A stretch of 62,269 nucleotides of DNA, filler included, from Rhabdomonas costata (Eukaryota), in NCBI GenBank assembly GCA_019059605.1. It is 23 parts of 23 records of this genome, joined end to end, with 100 filler letters (N's around TTAATTAATTAA, not from the genome) between each part and the next. Parts side by side here need not be neighbours in the genome. Positions count along the whole stretch, not along the records: positions 56,953 to 59,560 come from JAHMHO010002642.1; positions 59,661 to 62,269 come from JAHMHO010002643.1; 21 more parts are not named here. One strand, written 5' to 3'. A program made the position numbers and the translations under genes. Positions 58,455 through 62,269 of this stretch are shown one piece after another. The notes beneath the pieces are model-generated. The model saw nothing but the letters and a program-made list of their open reading frames with translations, was not told where the DNA came from and ran no database searches. How positions within the stretch are numbered: the stretch's first letter is position 1; every line of letters begins with the position of its first letter.

Positions 58455-61400
58455 CTGCGTGCGAATGTGTGTGCGTCGATCAGTTGAGCGGGGGCGGAAA
58501 GGGCATCCTTGGAAACAGTGCACGATCACAAGTGCTCTTCCTTGCAGAGAGACGCTCTGGTTCCGCACCTTAGGCTTTTTCAGCAAAAGCGCTGCCCGGG
58601 TGTGTGCAGTTGGGGTCGACACCCATTTGCACACTTCGCCTCTGAACGATTCTTGTATTGGGTGCGGGACGCCAAGTGTATTGGAGGGAAACATCGCGTT
58701 CCTTGCTTCCTGCTCACCGGATTTGCTTCCCACCACCGAGGATGCGCCTTGCACGAGATGCCCATGACTGCAACCGGAACAGGAGATGGTGGCAGAGTCA
58801 TTGCAGACAAAATACGTAAATAAAGCAACCCAGTGTAAGATTTCAAAGCTTTCTAGCCAGAAGGTGTCTAAGAAGAGCGGGTCGACACGATGGAGAGAAA
58901 ACTTGAACTTGATAAATTGGCTCAATAAGCGTTGGTTGTTCAACAAGTCAATTTGTTTGCTTTATGGAAAATATGCTATGAGCTGTATATTAACGTGAAC
59001 TGAGAAGAACCAGATGGGTTTGACCAGGGATACTGATAGCCTTTTGAGGATTTGGTGCTTGAAGATGGAGGCGTCGAGTCAGCCGCTTGTTAAATACGGG
59101 CATTTCATGAAAGGGGAAGTTTGGTACTGCGTTATGACCAAAGCCATTCGAGGGGGGAGGGGCAAACCAGGCAATGGTAGGATCCCACCAAGTGCCGCAG
59201 CAGACTTCTCACCTGGGTCTGGCCCAAGCAGCACGGCCTGGAAGTCCGCAGGGGTGAGCCCAAGCTCTCCCAGGCCACCCTACGTCCCACCGCAGCGAGA
59301 GTCTTCAAAACCCGATCACCGGCCCGAGTTCAAAGCCAACTTGATGCCTTCTCAGGTCTTTCTCATGCCACGCAGACAGACGCAAGGACTTGACACAATG
59401 CTGTGCAACACTCACGAACAAACACTCACAACTGTCCCAAAGTCAAAAACCAAACAAAAAAGTACCTACACTGCCAGGTGTAAGAATACGGGGCTTCTCT
59501 TTTTTTTGCAGTGAGCTTGCCACGGTCTCAGAATCCACCACCCGCTCCCGCACCACAAACNNNNNNNNNNNNNNNNNNNNNNNNNNNNNNNNNNNNNNNN
59601 NNNNTTAATTAATTAANNNNNNNNNNNNNNNNNNNNNNNNNNNNNNNNNNNNNNNNNNNNGGGGGGGGTGGGCAGGCGTCAGCATTCGTGCAACACCCAA
59701 CCCCCGGCAAGTTGGTGGGGTTCCCTTCCTTCGCGCGTGCACAGCCTTCTGTGCATCGCCTTGTCCGTGTGGTTGAAACTTCTTTTCTGTTTGTTTTGGT
59801 AACATGCTTATTTTAGCGAAGTTAAAAGCTCAGATATGATGTGCAGAAACAGACAGGAACAAAGGGTGCTTTGGATCGAGGTAGCCGTATGGGGGATCGG
59901 AAGGTATTCTGCAGCAGAGTCTAAACCGGATGGGCAGGCAGGGGGTGGCGAGGTGATAAACACGTTTAAACCGATGCAAATGCTCCACACCCACCTCTAA
60001 TCTCTGATTCGGGGAAGGGAATTCCTCAAAGTATGTGCGGGGGTGACATTCAAGACATATCTGACCTACAAATTCCGGAGGGGCGGATGAGGTCCTCCAA
60101 ACAATCCAAAAAAAACAATACTCGAATAATAGTGAACGTCTTGCACCTGCCTTTCACCAGGGATCAGTGGTTTCATTTGGTCCCCAGTGACAAGACTGCA
60201 AAGAGCTCCATGAGCTAGAGTAAGAGTTTAGCAGGGAAGTGTTTCACCCCCTCTCAAATACCCTCCAGCTCTGACTTTGAGGACATTTTAAGGAAAGGCA
60301 CACCTCAGATTCAATCGGTCGTCCAAGAAGGACGAAGTCCCCGTCACAGATGAAGCTAAGGATGCCTGTTAAAAAGGTATTCATAGTGAACATAGCCGTA
60401 CAACAAACGAAACAGAAAACTGCACAACCTAGGGCTGTCAAACAATTAGCAGCAGCAACCCATGATATCTGATGAGCCTTAGTTAAAGTTAATATACTGG
60501 GTTGATGCCCCCCTCATGCATACAAAAAATAGCTGCAGTTGTGACCGATAGCTGGAATGCCACCGAGCAGAAATGCGCCTGATCCCAAATCGTGAACTCC
60601 TTTCGCAAAAAAGCTATTGTCACCTCTCATGCAGCAGGAAAGCATCATGCGTAGGCTTTTCCACCGCGCACTCCGAATTCCTTCCTAACTCCAGCATCAC
60701 CCCGAGGTGATGACACAATTGCAAAGTCTTACTCTGAAGCAGCGGCTGTCCATCACACTGCAATGCGTGTCCAGGACAGCACATGGTTGCACCCCTACGC
60801 ACATTCTCTCACACACCTTCACTCACGGACACAGGAACACATACCCTCTTCTGAGGCAATGCGATGGAGCTCACCCGGCGGGTCATCTGCTGGGGGCCGC
60901 GGGGGGTGGTCCCGCGGGGCCCCGGGGCGCGGCTAGTTAGGCTTCCACTGGGTGGGGCCTGGGTAAGGCGAGGAGAGGGAGCCCTTTGCTGGGCCCACAT
61001 CGCCATATTCAGAAGCGGGCTCCCGGAAGTTGAAAGCAAAAGAAGAAATACAGAGTTGAGACCCTCCTCCTCAAGCCTGCCTCCGGCCGTGAAACTTCAT
61101 CGGCTACCCTTCCAACATAAAATAAAAAATACAGGAAAACAGAGGTGGGGGCATGACAAGACGCCTACATCTACAAGGTCTGGGGAAATTGCGAGATTGG
61201 GAAAGGAAAAAGAGGAACGGGAGGGTGTCCGAAAGCAGAGCAAACACAGGCGGAAGCTGGAAACCTTTCTCCGTCTCTCATTAAGCCTGCTCAGTTATTA
61301 GGGGGAAGCCATCATCTGGAAGTCCGGTCTGGTAAGTGGTGGGGACGGGGGCCAAAGCCCAAAACAAATGTCGAGTAGTCTACCGGTGCCCTCCACGGTA

Positions 61401-62269
61401 TCCCGGAATCATCAGCTTCAATCATTATCACTAGCATCACCCCCAGCAAAACGTCTTCGATTCCTTCCGATTCTACCCTCAGTTCTTGGGTACCCTCCAC
61501 CATCCCCTTCGAATCATTCGCTTGAACCAATGCAACATATCATTACCACTAACCCCGTGAAAACCGACTGCGTGAATCCTAGAATGAGGGCGAAGCCGAA
61601 GCAGGCCTGGGGTCTTTTGTGTTTACAGTAGGCCTCCAAAAAGTGCGTGACATGGGTCTGCGTGGAGTCCACAGCCACCAGCTCAATGGTCCAATGTCGC
61701 AATGTACTCAACGTCGCAACGTGCACAGGACGAGAGGTGCTGCCGGCAGGTGGGTACGGGGTCAGGCACAGGGGCACCCCCTCGTCCAAGAAGGGACATG
61801 ACCTTCTGGCAGAGACCCCCCGATACCCCCGCAGACCCAGCTATCGGTCGGCCGCAGACCACGGCGGGGACTCGTCCAAAAGATGCGCCTCCACCCAGGA
61901 GATATAGCCTTGCTCCTTTGTCATGTGGAGAAGCAGAAATCAGAGAGAGATATCTCAACACACCTACCAACAAGCACGGTTACACTAGGATACACAAAAA
62001 ACAATGTCCGCGCCACCTTCAAGTGAGAGTGAGAATGGTTTTTGCCTTTTGGAATTTCCCGATATTTCCCAAAGTTGTGCGGGTTGCTATTGCTTTTGGT
62101 TTTATGCTTCTAACATATAATATCGCACGGGGCATATATAAAGAAATGGAATTCCTTGGGTGTGTTGTGCGTGTTGTGTGTGGGGTGGTGGTGCATGGCT
62201 TCCTGTTCATTCGCAGACACACCACTCGCCGGAACCAACGCAAACAACACCGCAACAACCCCCCCACAC

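Noticed and set aside
2615..59660. Regularly spaced identical TTAATTAATTAA repeats as a CRISPR-like or biological array
   Set aside because: Each copy is flanked by exactly 44 Ns on both sides. It is a six-frame-stop linker added during concatenation, and the ORF-track endings 'XXXLIN' come from it.

Overview
This window is not one locus. It is 23 unrelated contigs of about 2,608-2,615 bp, joined by 22 identical 100-bp artificial spacers (N44-TTAATTAATTAA-N44), so adjacency across spacers has no biological meaning. The DNA is eukaryotic and intron-rich, with GT-AG introns and (GT)n/(GA)n microsatellites. The gene content suggests a euglenozoan protist, probably a euglenid (inference, from Cache/HAMP and tandem periplasmic-binding-protein receptors of adenylate-cyclase type). 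Most contig ends carry G/T-only (or reverse-complement C/A-only) tails resembling whole-genome-amplification primer remnants, so chimeras are possible. Genes reconstructed by hand from exons: one complete TXNDC12/ERp19-like gene, plus partial CBS, a TTLL glutamylase, a STI1-like TPR protein, Sel1-repeat, pentapeptide-repeat, SET-domain and CUE-domain proteins, CTR9-like and ASCC2-like proteins, a bacterial-type FGGY kinase with two frameshifts, and three receptor fragments. Mobile DNA: a DD41D Tc1/mariner transposase fragment, a decayed Ty3/gypsy pol, the 3' end of an RLE-type non-LTR element, a candidate MITE and tRNA-like Pol III box units. I found no demonstrable new multi-gene system. The best leads are an antisense, purely synonymously diverged copy of a receptor exon inside its own gene, the intronless multi-PBP receptor, the doubly frameshifted FGGY kinase and the DD41D element. 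All family assignments come from motif recognition by eye; no searches were run.
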